Source: an uncultured Methanosarcinales archaeon (GTDB lineage: Archaea > Nanobdellota > Nanobdellia > Woesearchaeales > CAYMBN01). Taken from it: 64,000 bases of DNA. The translations under genes and the position numbers were made by a program. The DNA is taken from contig CAYMBN010000001.1 in assembly GCA_964388715.1 (NCBI GenBank), forward strand, positions 200,962 through 264,961. Direction: 5' to 3'. The notes below the pieces were generated by a model. That model was not told the origin of the DNA. It worked only from the letters and a program-made list of their open reading frames with translations, and made no database searches. Shown here piece by piece: positions 1-8,430 of this stretch (position 1 is its first letter; every line of letters starts with the position of its first letter).

Positions 1-1041
1 GTATTCTTTTGGTGGTTTTCCAGGAATGTGTTTGTATCTTATTTCTAATGTTTGTATTGGTCTAACTTCTTTTGCTGTGAATAAATCCAAAGGTGAACCT
101 GGGATGAATGCTCTTTGTGTTGCTTGATTAACATCTGCTGTTGTGTCTTGATATTGAGGATATCTTCTGCTTAATACAGGTTCAGGGAAGACCCTAAGAG
201 TTTCTATAGGACCTAAAATTCGTTGTTGAAGGTTTTGTAGTCGCATACGTCTTATTTGTTTTGTAGTTAAACCATAAGGAATAAGGAACCCCCAAAAAAG
301 ATTTGTTTTTTTAGGGTGTTGGTAAGTGATTAAAACAGAACTAAGACCATCTTTATTATATAGAGGAGAATCCTTTGCATCAAGATAATTTCTAAGGAAA
401 ATTACTTGTCCACTTGGGAGTTTAACAAAAGGTTTTTCATCTGGGTCAACATCAGTGCGTATGTTAACTTCTTCATTAAGATAAAGATTAACAACAGAAT
501 TAATTCCTCTTACATAAACAGAGGTGTTATAGAGGATTAAATCGTCTATGGTTAATGTTAATGTTTTTGATTCACCAATAAATACGCCTGTTAAATTATT
601 ACCTTCTTGGATAATTCTTAATTTGTATTTTTTGTTTGGGTCATAGCTTTCAAAACGTTTTCTACGTAGAACTCCGTTTCTACAAAAAGCTTTGAAATAT
701 TTTCCCCTTTTCTCGAGGTAAACTTCAACATCTTGGCCAACTTTAAGACGGACAGAACGATTATGTCTTCCTCTTTCTACTGCTTGTTGATATTTAGGAT
801 CACGTAATTGTTCGATTTGTTTGTTTGTAAGATCATGTATGTTTTTTACAATTGCACAGTTTTTTTCAATTTTTGTAATGATAGCTGTTAGAGTTTTTTG
901 TCTTTCTCCAAGTGGTTTTTTTTGGCTAATCACCCTTACAAAAGTACCTTTTCCGTCGAGAATATTACCAGTAGCTTCTCTACCATAATTTCTACGAATT
1001 CTAACGTTACATTGTTGTCCTAATTGATATTGTTGCTGCAT
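1..1041 (-). CDS. Hypothetical protein, runs off the left edge (MQQQYQLGQQCNVRIRR...)
   Basis: Manually translated open frame from ATG at 1041 to window start; TATA-like AT box about 25-30 nt upstream; absent from ORF track because it is truncated. Confidence 0.7.
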   Translation of the reverse strand, partial: MQQQYQLGQQCNVRIRRNYGREATGNILDGKGTFVRVISQKKPLGERQKTLTAIITKIEKNCAIVKNIHDLTNKQIEQLRDPKYQQAVERGRHNRSVRLKVGQDVEVYLEKRGKYFKAFCRNGVLRRKRFESYDPNKKYKLRIIQEGNNLTGVFIGESKTLTLTIDDLILYNTSVYVRGINSVVNLYLNEEVNIRTDVDPDEKPFVKLPSGQVIFLRNYLDAKDSPLYNKDGLSSVLITYQHPKKTNLFWGFLIPYGLTTKQIRRMRLQNLQQRILGPIETLRVFPEPVLSRRYPQYQDTTADVNQATQRAFIPGSPLDLFTAKEVRPIQTLEIRYKHIPGKPPKEY

Positions 1042-1146
1042 AATTAGCTGTAGTTTTGATGTATTATATAAAATTTTTCATCAACTCTTTTTCTCGACGG
1101 TAAAATAACCGAAAAGTATATAAACTACATAGTGCCTAATAGAGTT

Positions 1147-1629
1147 ATGGCGTTTGTTAGAATCAAAAAGATACAAGGAAAAGAGTATGCATATAAGGTA
1201 TGGAATGTTTGGAGAAAGAGAAAACAGTCTTCTCGACAAAAACAGACAAAATACCTTGGGAAGCTCTATAAACCCAAAATTATAGGGAATCAGACGTTTC
1301 AGGAGTATGTTAAAGATGTTGAAGAGTATTTTGAGACTCACTTTTTCAAGGAAATTATTTATGATATGATAAAGGCTGAATTGAAGAATTTAGACGTTCC
1401 AGAGGCTGTAACCATAGATTTCCAAAGACACAAAGTGCACATTAAGGAGAGGAATGTGGTGTTGAAGATGAATGAAGGCTTCTTTTGTACTCTCACTTTT
1501 AGAGAATTGATTAATTTTAAGGGTTCTGGAATTGATAGACAAGTTGGTGAACAACTTGCAAAGAAACTTTTGGAAGTTGGATTAAAGGTTGAACCTGAGA
1601 TTTTTGTTCAATTATTCCAGAAAATATAG
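1147..1629 (+). CDS. Hypothetical protein with transposase-like N-terminal DNA-binding segment, no catalytic domain
   Basis: MAFVRIKKIQGKEYAY...RQKQTKYLGK resembles N-termini of IS4/IS1634-type transposases; only about 160 aa, no DDE region; ATG at 1147 follows a TATA box. Confidence 0.6.
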   Translation: MAFVRIKKIQGKEYAYKVWNVWRKRKQSSRQKQTKYLGKLYKPKIIGNQTFQEYVKDVEEYFETHFFKEIIYDMIKAELKNLDVPEAVTIDFQRHKVHIKERNVVLKMNEGFFCTLTFRELINFKGSGIDRQVGEQLAKKLLEVGLKVEPEIFVQLFQKI

Positions 1630-1630
1630 T

Positions 1631-1654
1631 GTAATGCTTTAAAACACGCATTAC
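1631..1654 (+). terminator. Hairpin directly after the stop codon, T-rich tract downstream
   Basis: gtaatgc...gcattac inverted repeat. Confidence 0.35.
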
Positions 1655-2025
1655 AGCCTTTCTAGTGCAAGAATTGATGTTTTTTGTGGTTTTTTTGATA
1701 CTTTTCCTTCTAACTCTGCTCTTTTTTGTTATTTTCCTCTAGATATCACTTTAACTCTCACTTTTTACACGTAAATACCCTATAAACAATTTTTTTCAAT
1801 ACTGCAAATATATTGTAGAATATATCTATTAAAACATATATTTACAAAAAAATATTTTCTAGAATTGGATAAAACTTTTAATCAATGATTATAATCAATT
1901 TTCTTGAAAGTAACTGAAAAAGCTTAAAATATTTAGTTTGTAGTTGGGCAAAATGCCTTACTATTATGGCACAAAACCGAAAGATTTATATAACAGCTTG
2001 TGTATTAAAAAAATGGTGATTTTCA

Positions 2026-2541
2026 ATGAAACAAACAAAAATAATTTTAACTGATATTGAATCAAGTATTAATCCTTCAAGTGATGAATTAGCCAATGTT
2101 GTGATTAGTAGATTAGGCTTAATTCCGCGGAAAAAGGGTGCTACAAAGGATATGCCTAAGGTTCTTGTTGAAATGTATGAACGCAGTAAATATGCTTCTA
2201 AAGAGAAAAATCCACAGTTAGGAGTGATGACTGTAGAAGATATGGGAAGTTGTGCTGGAATCACAAGGCAAACAATGTATGATTATTTGAAACGATGGCT
2301 TGATCTGCAATTGATTAAAAAAATCAGTTTTATGAAAGATGGTGTTTTGGTTGTTGGCTATGTGTTAAATGGGAATACCTTAGAAAATGCTTTTCAAAAG
2401 ACTAAATCTGCTATTATGGGAAATCTAGACGTTACAGAGCGTTACATCAAGGAATTGCAAAAAGAGTTGAAGAATGAAAAGCTTAGGAAGATGAGTAAGA
2501 AAGAAGAAGAAGAGGAAGATGAAGCAAGCGATGAGCAGTAA
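2026..2541 (+). CDS. HTH (winged-helix-like) DNA-binding protein with C-terminal coiled coil and acidic tail
   Basis: MTVEDMGSCAGITRQTMYDYLKRWLDLQLIKK HTH pattern; GGTGA ribosome-binding site upstream. Confidence 0.75.
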   Translation: MKQTKIILTDIESSINPSSDELANVVISRLGLIPRKKGATKDMPKVLVEMYERSKYASKEKNPQLGVMTVEDMGSCAGITRQTMYDYLKRWLDLQLIKKISFMKDGVLVVGYVLNGNTLENAFQKTKSAIMGNLDVTERYIKELQKELKNEKLRKMSKKEEEEEDEASDEQ

Positions 2542-3365
2542 TTACTCGTGAGTGAACGGGATGTGGTGTATTGCTTGAATTCTGTGTTGTAAATTGTTCT
2601 GAGCATGGTTTAGGGTAAATGGAGAAAATTAAAGGGGAAATTAGACGAAAAGATTGAAATGTGTGTTCTAAAACGTTGTACTGCTTGGATTTTGGTGGCT
2701 GATTTTGGATTTAAGTTGAATTTTATGAATGAAAAAATAAGGAAAATGGGATAAAAATTCCTTGTAGGGAGAACTCAAATTTAGCTGAAATTTCCTTTAT
2801 AGAAAGATAATTGAAAATTACACAAATGCCATCCGAAAGTGATTTTTTTGAATGTTGGGAATTTGGAAGTTTTGAATTGATTTTAGATTTTTACTAAATT
2901 GTATCTATATTTTTCTTTGGGCATAAAAGCCTGTTTGGTAGACGTTTTAGCCTTTGCTGGCAAAGGGAATTTGCTAAATACGAAAAATAAGCGTGATTTA
3001 GGTATGTTTTTTTTGAAAAAGGATATTAGGGTAGAAAAAAATAAGGTGTTTTGCAGAGGGAGGATAGGAGTTTTTAGGGTTTAATGGATTTGTCGGGAAA
3101 ATGTAAGAATAGGGTTTTGGGTATTTTTTGATGGTTTCTGGAATCATGGCAGAGGAGTCGAAATCATGGTACCCTGTTCTGGGATTATTCCGAATGATAG
3201 TTTTTTATTGTTTACATGGGGAACCAAGGTTCTTGGGTATGGATTGTTGAAAAGAGGGTGATTTTTGGTGCTTTATTGGGCTTGTTGGGATAATGTCATA
3301 ATGAGTGTTTTAGCGTCTGAAAGAGGGGGTGAGAGTTTGGTTGATTTTGGGCAGAATTAGGAGTT

Positions 3366-4388
3366 TTATAGGAAACGTAGTTTTCTGTAAATGTGATCAA
3401 GTTCAGCCATAATTTCTGGTGAGAATGGAGCAGTAAGATAGGTTTGAGTGAATCCTTGGCATTGTGTGATTATTTGTTGTTTTTTTGTTTCTGGAGTTAA
3501 TTCTGGTATTAGTGCTTCTCTTTCTTGATAGATATTCTGAGCATGCTCTAAAGCTTTATTTTCAGCGTCTTGAAGATGTTTAAAGGTGTTTTCTGCTATA
3601 TGAGCTCCTTTTATTGCGTCTTGATCTGCTGCAGAATGAGGTATTTTTGTGATAAAGTAATGAATTAGCTTGTATAGAGCTCTCTCAGGCCTGCAAATCG
3701 CCTGGCAGAAAGGGTTTAAGTCCTGATTTGTGATTTTTTTGCCTTCTTCTTGTTCTCTTAGTATTTGATTATAAACAATTTCAATGAAAATAGCATCATG
3801 AGGGTTTTTTGATCTGTATACTTTAACACATTCTTTACATTTAGGGTCTTTAGAATGCCTTTTTCTGGCACTTCGGTAGTCTGTTGCAAGGTTTGATCTT
3901 AGTTCTCTTATCTCACTAATTGAATAACATCGTCCATTAGAAAGTTTTTGATCAAGATCTGAACCAAATCGCTTTGCTTTCCTTTTCTGTTGGGTTTTAA
4001 GTTCTTTTGCAATCTGCTCTAAACCCTTGAAAAACATGTATAGAGCCCTTGTAGGTCTACAAACATCATAACAAGAATAATCAATAAAATGGTCTGCTCT
4101 TCTTGAAATATCAAATTGGGTCATTGATTTTTTATAAGGGGTGAAATACTGTAAAAGAGTATTTAAAGCCTCTTTATCCTGGTTTCCCTCAATATGAAAC
4201 ATTGTTTGGTTTCCAGGAGAAAAACTAAATTGAGAAAGAAGATATGGTTCTCTTAAATTAGCAGAATTGCCATTATTAACCACTACAACGTTTGTTTCAG
4301 GGAAATTCTCCATTAACTCCTTTAATCTTGTTACTTGATCTACTGAAAAACGTTTTAATTCTTTCAAATGCACTTTTAATTCTAACAT
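3366..4388 (-). CDS. Protein with N-terminal HPr-like domain and two CxxxCRPxRALY repeats
   Basis: First about 85 aa align by eye to HPr (NGNSANLRE vs NGKTVNLKS; IEGNQDKEALNTL vs ASGADENDALNAL). Confidence 0.6.
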   Translation of the reverse strand: MLELKVHLKELKRFSVDQVTRLKELMENFPETNVVVVNNGNSANLREPYLLSQFSFSPGNQTMFHIEGNQDKEALNTLLQYFTPYKKSMTQFDISRRADHFIDYSCYDVCRPTRALYMFFKGLEQIAKELKTQQKRKAKRFGSDLDQKLSNGRCYSISEIRELRSNLATDYRSARKRHSKDPKCKECVKVYRSKNPHDAIFIEIVYNQILREQEEGKKITNQDLNPFCQAICRPERALYKLIHYFITKIPHSAADQDAIKGAHIAENTFKHLQDAENKALEHAQNIYQEREALIPELTPETKKQQIITQCQGFTQTYLTAPFSPEIMAELDHIYRKLRFL

Positions 4389-4518
4389 TCATCAAAGGTT
4401 TTAATAGGTTATATATAAAATTACCTGTTTTTCCTAACTAATTGGTAATAGATTAAGAAAGGATTTATTTGAAGTAAAATCTTTAAGCTTTGATAGAATG
4501 TTTTATTCTGTGTGTTTT

Positions 4519-5064
4519 TTAGAAATAATCCCTTAGGAATTGATTCTTAGAGCCAATTTCAGGCTGAAATAATGGGCTTTTTATTTCAATTATATTTTCT
4601 CTTGCTTGAAGTTCTTTAAACGCCTTATCAAGGCTTAAATAGGCTGTGCTGAGCTTATATTCAATGACCACAGATATGCCTTTGGTTATCAAAACGTTGA
4701 TATGTTGCTTTACAAGCTTTGTGGAAAGGTGTAGTTTTTCTGAGATTTGTTTGAATGTTAGTTTTTCTCCAGAAAGGTATAAAACAAGGAAAACCTGCTT
4801 TTCTTGAAGGTTCAGGGGCTGTATTGCTGTTTTTTCAGATTTGATGTTTTGAGAAATCTTTTCAACACTAACTTGGATATCGTCGATACGTTGTTGTAAT
4901 TTGTTCATTTTTTGGTCTATTTCGTATAAACCGTCTGTTTTTTCCTGTAATTCCCCTGTATTCTCATTAATTGACTCTCTATGGTCGTCTAGTTCGTGTT
5001 TTAGATTAGAAATTGTTTTTTTTAGTTCGTCAGTCACCTTTTTTATGTGTTTCTTACTAAACAT
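4519..5064 (-). CDS. Coiled-coil plus winged-helix protein with C-terminal PIP-like motif
   Basis: N-terminal heptads; LNLQEKQVFLVLY...LTFKQISEKLHLSTKLVKQHINVLITKGI wHTH; ends NQFLRDYF. Confidence 0.75.
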   Translation of the reverse strand: MFSKKHIKKVTDELKKTISNLKHELDDHRESINENTGELQEKTDGLYEIDQKMNKLQQRIDDIQVSVEKISQNIKSEKTAIQPLNLQEKQVFLVLYLSGEKLTFKQISEKLHLSTKLVKQHINVLITKGISVVIEYKLSTAYLSLDKAFKELQARENIIEIKSPLFQPEIGSKNQFLRDYF

Positions 5065-5133
5065 ATAGATTTACCCCCGAGAAGCTAGGGGATTAGGTTG
5101 CTTAAAAAATTTTCGATTTTTAGTTGCTACTTT

Positions 5134-5772
5134 TTAGTGTTTTTGAACTGGTTTTACGACGATAAACTTTTCTTTTCCTTGCTTTATAATTTCAAAATTT
5201 TCAGTAGTTTCAAGTTCAGTTAATAGACGATAAAATGAACTTTTTGAACATAAACCTTGTTCATCGACGAGCATTTCTTTTAATTGATAGGCTGAGATCT
5301 TCTCATATCGTTTTATCGTCGATAAAATCAATCCCTTGATATAATCTTTTGAGTTTCGACTAAACTTTTTAAGCAGTTTTTGTCTGAAATTTGAGGTTGC
5401 TTTTTCCTTTTTCTGTTCTAAAAGAGCTAATCTTTGGTTAATCTGGTCAATTTTTTCTTCTGGGATTGAAGTGAGGTCAGTTTGATGTAATTTTGCCTTT
5501 ATCTGGTTGATTTCGGTTGTTACATCTCTTAAGTGGTATTCCTGGTCCAGGATTTGTCTTATCTCTTGTTTTATGTCTGGTTGGTACTTGAGCTGGAGTG
5601 ATAGTTCTTGGATTTGAGATTGCTGCTCTAAATTTTGTTTGTGGAGGTAATCAATCCATTCTTTTATGCTTTGGTTTTCCCTTTTTAAACCACCAAAATT
5701 TTGTTTGAGAAATTGATATAATTGCATCCATCTGCTTTGTTCAAGTTCCTTATTTTTGGTAAAAAGTCCCAT
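5134..5772 (-). CDS. Coiled-coil plus C-terminal winged-helix protein
   Basis: Long heptad region; ISAYQLKEMLVDEQGLCSKSSFYRLLTELE wHTH. Confidence 0.75.
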   Translation of the reverse strand: MGLFTKNKELEQSRWMQLYQFLKQNFGGLKRENQSIKEWIDYLHKQNLEQQSQIQELSLQLKYQPDIKQEIRQILDQEYHLRDVTTEINQIKAKLHQTDLTSIPEEKIDQINQRLALLEQKKEKATSNFRQKLLKKFSRNSKDYIKGLILSTIKRYEKISAYQLKEMLVDEQGLCSKSSFYRLLTELETTENFEIIKQGKEKFIVVKPVQKH

Positions 5773-6076
5773 TTTCTAATAATAAAACACAGCAAATATA
5801 AAAATCTTTTGTTTTTTGGGATTATAATGGGAATGAAATGGGAGCATTTTGGGAATGTTTATCGACGCTGTGGTGGTTGGGACTGGGACTATGGTGGGAC
5901 AGTCTCGGGAGTACGAAAAGACTATGTATATTTTGATGAAAAAGGCTGGGGTCTACGAACAAGTTTTTGGATGGTTTTTCTAAATGGTTGAAAAAATGTG
6001 ATTGAAAAATTAATGTTAAAAATTACAGGAAAATCATGATTTTTGAAAAAATAAGGTAAAAATGACTATTTTGTTG

Positions 6077-6277
6077 TCGGTAAGATGTCCAAATAGTGTC
6101 GAAAAGTGAGGGTTTATTTGTGAGTTTTAGGGCTAGTTTTGGTAAGATTAATCAAAAGTGAGAATTTGATTTGTAACCAATTTTGATAGAAATTAAACAA
6201 ATATGAGATATGCCAAAAAGTGAGTGTTTTGAGTCGGTAAGATAGGCTAATTATAGGAAAAAGTGAGGGTTTATTTG
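6077..6277 (+). repeat. Iterated intergenic motif AAAAGTGAG (x4), three preceded by GGTAAGAT
   Basis: Copies at 6102, 6154, 6216, 6259; 19-bp AAAAGTGAGGGTTTATTTG exact at 6102 and 6259. Confidence 0.8.
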
Positions 6278-6386
6278 AGGTATTTATGGGATGTAGGGCT
6301 TGGAATGTTTGAATTTGGTGGTTTGAGGGCTTGTGAAGGTATTTTGAAGGGTAAGGTTTAAATATTTGAGGTCATTAGAGTGAAAT

Positions 6387-7028
6387 ATGAGCTTGATTAA
6401 AACAAAAAAACAGCTAGCAATGGTTTTGAGTGGCTTGGAAATCTTTGATAAGCCTAAAGTGAGACTTGAGCAGTATGCAACTGATGGAGATAGTGCTGCA
6501 ACTGTATTATGGAATGCTTTTATGCAAGGTGATATTGAGCAGAAGGAAGTGGTTGATATGGGCTGTGGTACTGGAATTCTAGGTATAGGGGCTCTATTGT
6601 TAGGTGCTAGAAAAGTACATTTTATTGATATTGATGAAGCTGCTTTGTTTAAAGTGAGGATAAACATCAAAAAAGTGGAAAGTTTGCTTGGTGTGGTGTT
6701 GAGTTCTAAAGTGGAAGTCGTTTCAAAAGATGTTGTCGACGAGGGTGTTGGAATTAAAGTTGATACTGTCGTCGAGAATCCACCGTTTGGGATTAAGAAA
6801 AAACATGCAGACCGCGATTTTGTCGTCGAGGCAATGAAAGTTGCAGATGTTGTTTATTCAATTCATATGGTAGAGAGTGAGGAATTTATTAAAAAGCTCG
6901 TCGAGAAAGAGGGTTTTTTGGTTAGTGGAGTTTTTGATTTTTCTATTCAATTAAAGCAAACAATGAGTTTTCATAAGAAAAAAATTGATAGGGTAGGAGT
7001 TGTTTGTTTGAGAATTGTTAAAAAGTAA
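6387..7028 (+). CDS. METTL5-like RNA N6-adenine methyltransferase
   Basis: LEQYAT, VVDMGCGTGILG, NPPFG motifs. Confidence 0.9.
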   Translation: MSLIKTKKQLAMVLSGLEIFDKPKVRLEQYATDGDSAATVLWNAFMQGDIEQKEVVDMGCGTGILGIGALLLGARKVHFIDIDEAALFKVRINIKKVESLLGVVLSSKVEVVSKDVVDEGVGIKVDTVVENPPFGIKKKHADRDFVVEAMKVADVVYSIHMVESEEFIKKLVEKEGFLVSGVFDFSIQLKQTMSFHKKKIDRVGVVCLRIVKK

Positions 7029-7175
7029 ATTGTTTTTTAATAGTCTCACATAGTCTCAGTCTTGATTTTTATCGACGAGAAATGATAGTCTCAGGTTGGG
7101 AATGATGATTTAACAGTAACATTTATATAGGTTTGGACGTTTCTTGTGAGTATTAATATCAAGAGGGGAATTATT

Positions 7176-7451
7176 ATGGAACTAAATGTTATCGAACAAA
7201 GTAAAGGAAAATTAATCTTTGAATTAAAAGGAGAAGATCATGGTTTTTGTAATGTGTTGAAAGATGAGTTGAACAAAGACAAACATGTTAAAGGTGCTAC
7301 TTATAATATTGAACATCCACTTGTTTCTGAACCACGATTTGTCGTGGAGACCGACGGTGCTGATCCTAAAAAAGTGTTAACAGATGCTGCTAAGAGATTA
7401 AGTAAGACTGTGGATAAGTTTAAGACTCAATATAAAAAAGAAGTAAAATGA
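7176..7451 (+). CDS. rpoL: DNA-directed RNA polymerase subunit L (Rpo11)
   Basis: GEDHGFCNVLKDEL...ATYNIEHPL. Confidence 0.93.
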   Translation: MELNVIEQSKGKLIFELKGEDHGFCNVLKDELNKDKHVKGATYNIEHPLVSEPRFVVETDGADPKKVLTDAAKRLSKTVDKFKTQYKKEVK

Positions 7452-8014
7452 TTTCTTTAGAACAAGCTGAGAAATTGATTAAACTTGCTAGACAGAGTAT
7501 TGAAAGTCATTTTTCTGGAAAAGAAGTTAGTACTGAGTTTAAGGAGGAGTTTTCTGAGAAAAGAGGAGTGTTTGTTACTCTGACTATTAACAAGGAGTTG
7601 AGAGGTTGTATTGGATATATTGAAGCTGTGGTGCCGTTGTGGCAGGCTGTGATTGATGCTGCGCGAAATGCTGGTTTTTCTGATCCTAGGTTTGGGCCGT
7701 TATCAAAAGAAGAATATGAAAAGGTGGATGTTGAGGTTTCGGTTTTGACTGTGCCTAAGCTTGTTGAAGGTGATTATTTGCAAAAGGTTAAAGTTGGAAG
7801 AGATGGTTTGATTGTTGAGAAAGGAATGAATAAAGGGTTATTGCTGCCACAAGTGCCTGTTGAGTGGAAATGGGATGTTAGGCAGTTTTTGAATCATACT
7901 TGTATGAAAGCTGGCTTAGCTCCTAGTGCTTGGGAGAGTGGGGAGTGTAAGATATATTCTTTCCAATGTCAGGTTTTTAGTGAGGAAGATGGTAAGATTG
8001 TACAGAAAATGTAA
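7448..8014 (+). CDS. AMMECR1 / AmmeMemoRadiSam protein A
   Basis: GVFVTL...LRGCIG, DPRF, GLLLPQV, CMKAG. Confidence 0.93.
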   Translation: MISLEQAEKLIKLARQSIESHFSGKEVSTEFKEEFSEKRGVFVTLTINKELRGCIGYIEAVVPLWQAVIDAARNAGFSDPRFGPLSKEEYEKVDVEVSVLTVPKLVEGDYLQKVKVGRDGLIVEKGMNKGLLLPQVPVEWKWDVRQFLNHTCMKAGLAPSAWESGECKIYSFQCQVFSEEDGKIVQKM

Positions 8015-8201
8015 ACTTTTAGAAATTTCTTAAATTTCTAAACGGTTTAAAAACTCTGTTTTTAAAACTTTTTCTTTTGGTTGTCTGAAATAGCTGTTTT
8101 ACGACGGTATAAGGGGTGTAGAGAAGGGTCCTAAAACAGGTATTTTCATAGTGCCTAATTTGTGGAGAAATGTGTTGTTTTTTGGATTAATTCTGACATT
8201 T

Positions 8202-8384
8202 TTATATAGCAGGTTCTGCTATTGGACCCTTGTAAGGTTTGTTTTTATTTGGACGGTTAAGTATTTTTAGAATGTCTTCAACTCTTTTCATGTAATATCT
8301 TTTATCAGGATTATCATAAGGATTACCAATATCAGTTGGAACTGTCTTACAGCCTTCTTTTATAATTTCATTTATTGTGGTCAT
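8202..8384 (-). CDS. Small hypothetical protein
   Basis: ATG-start 60-aa ORF with TATA-like box upstream, downstream of PEP-mobile gene. Confidence 0.4.
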   Translation of the reverse strand: MTTINEIIKEGCKTVPTDIGNPYDNPDKRYYMKRVEDILKILNRPNKNKPYKGPIAEPAI

Positions 8385-8430
8385 TTTATACTATAAAAGA
8401 AGTTATTCTTTATAAATCTTTTGTTTTTTG

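Noticed and set aside
2899..3084. 61-aa ORF in the long spacer
   Set aside because: TTG start, no ribosome-binding site, composition follows the G/T-rich spacer.
5722..5991. 89-aa + strand ORF
   Set aside because: Overlaps the start and promoter of the wHTH gene; Trp/Gly bias reflects the G-rich motif region.
8018..8042. AT-rich inverted repeat TTTAGAAATTT-CTT-AAATTTCTAAA as a MITE
   Set aside because: Single copy right after a stop codon; more simply a terminator-like hairpin.
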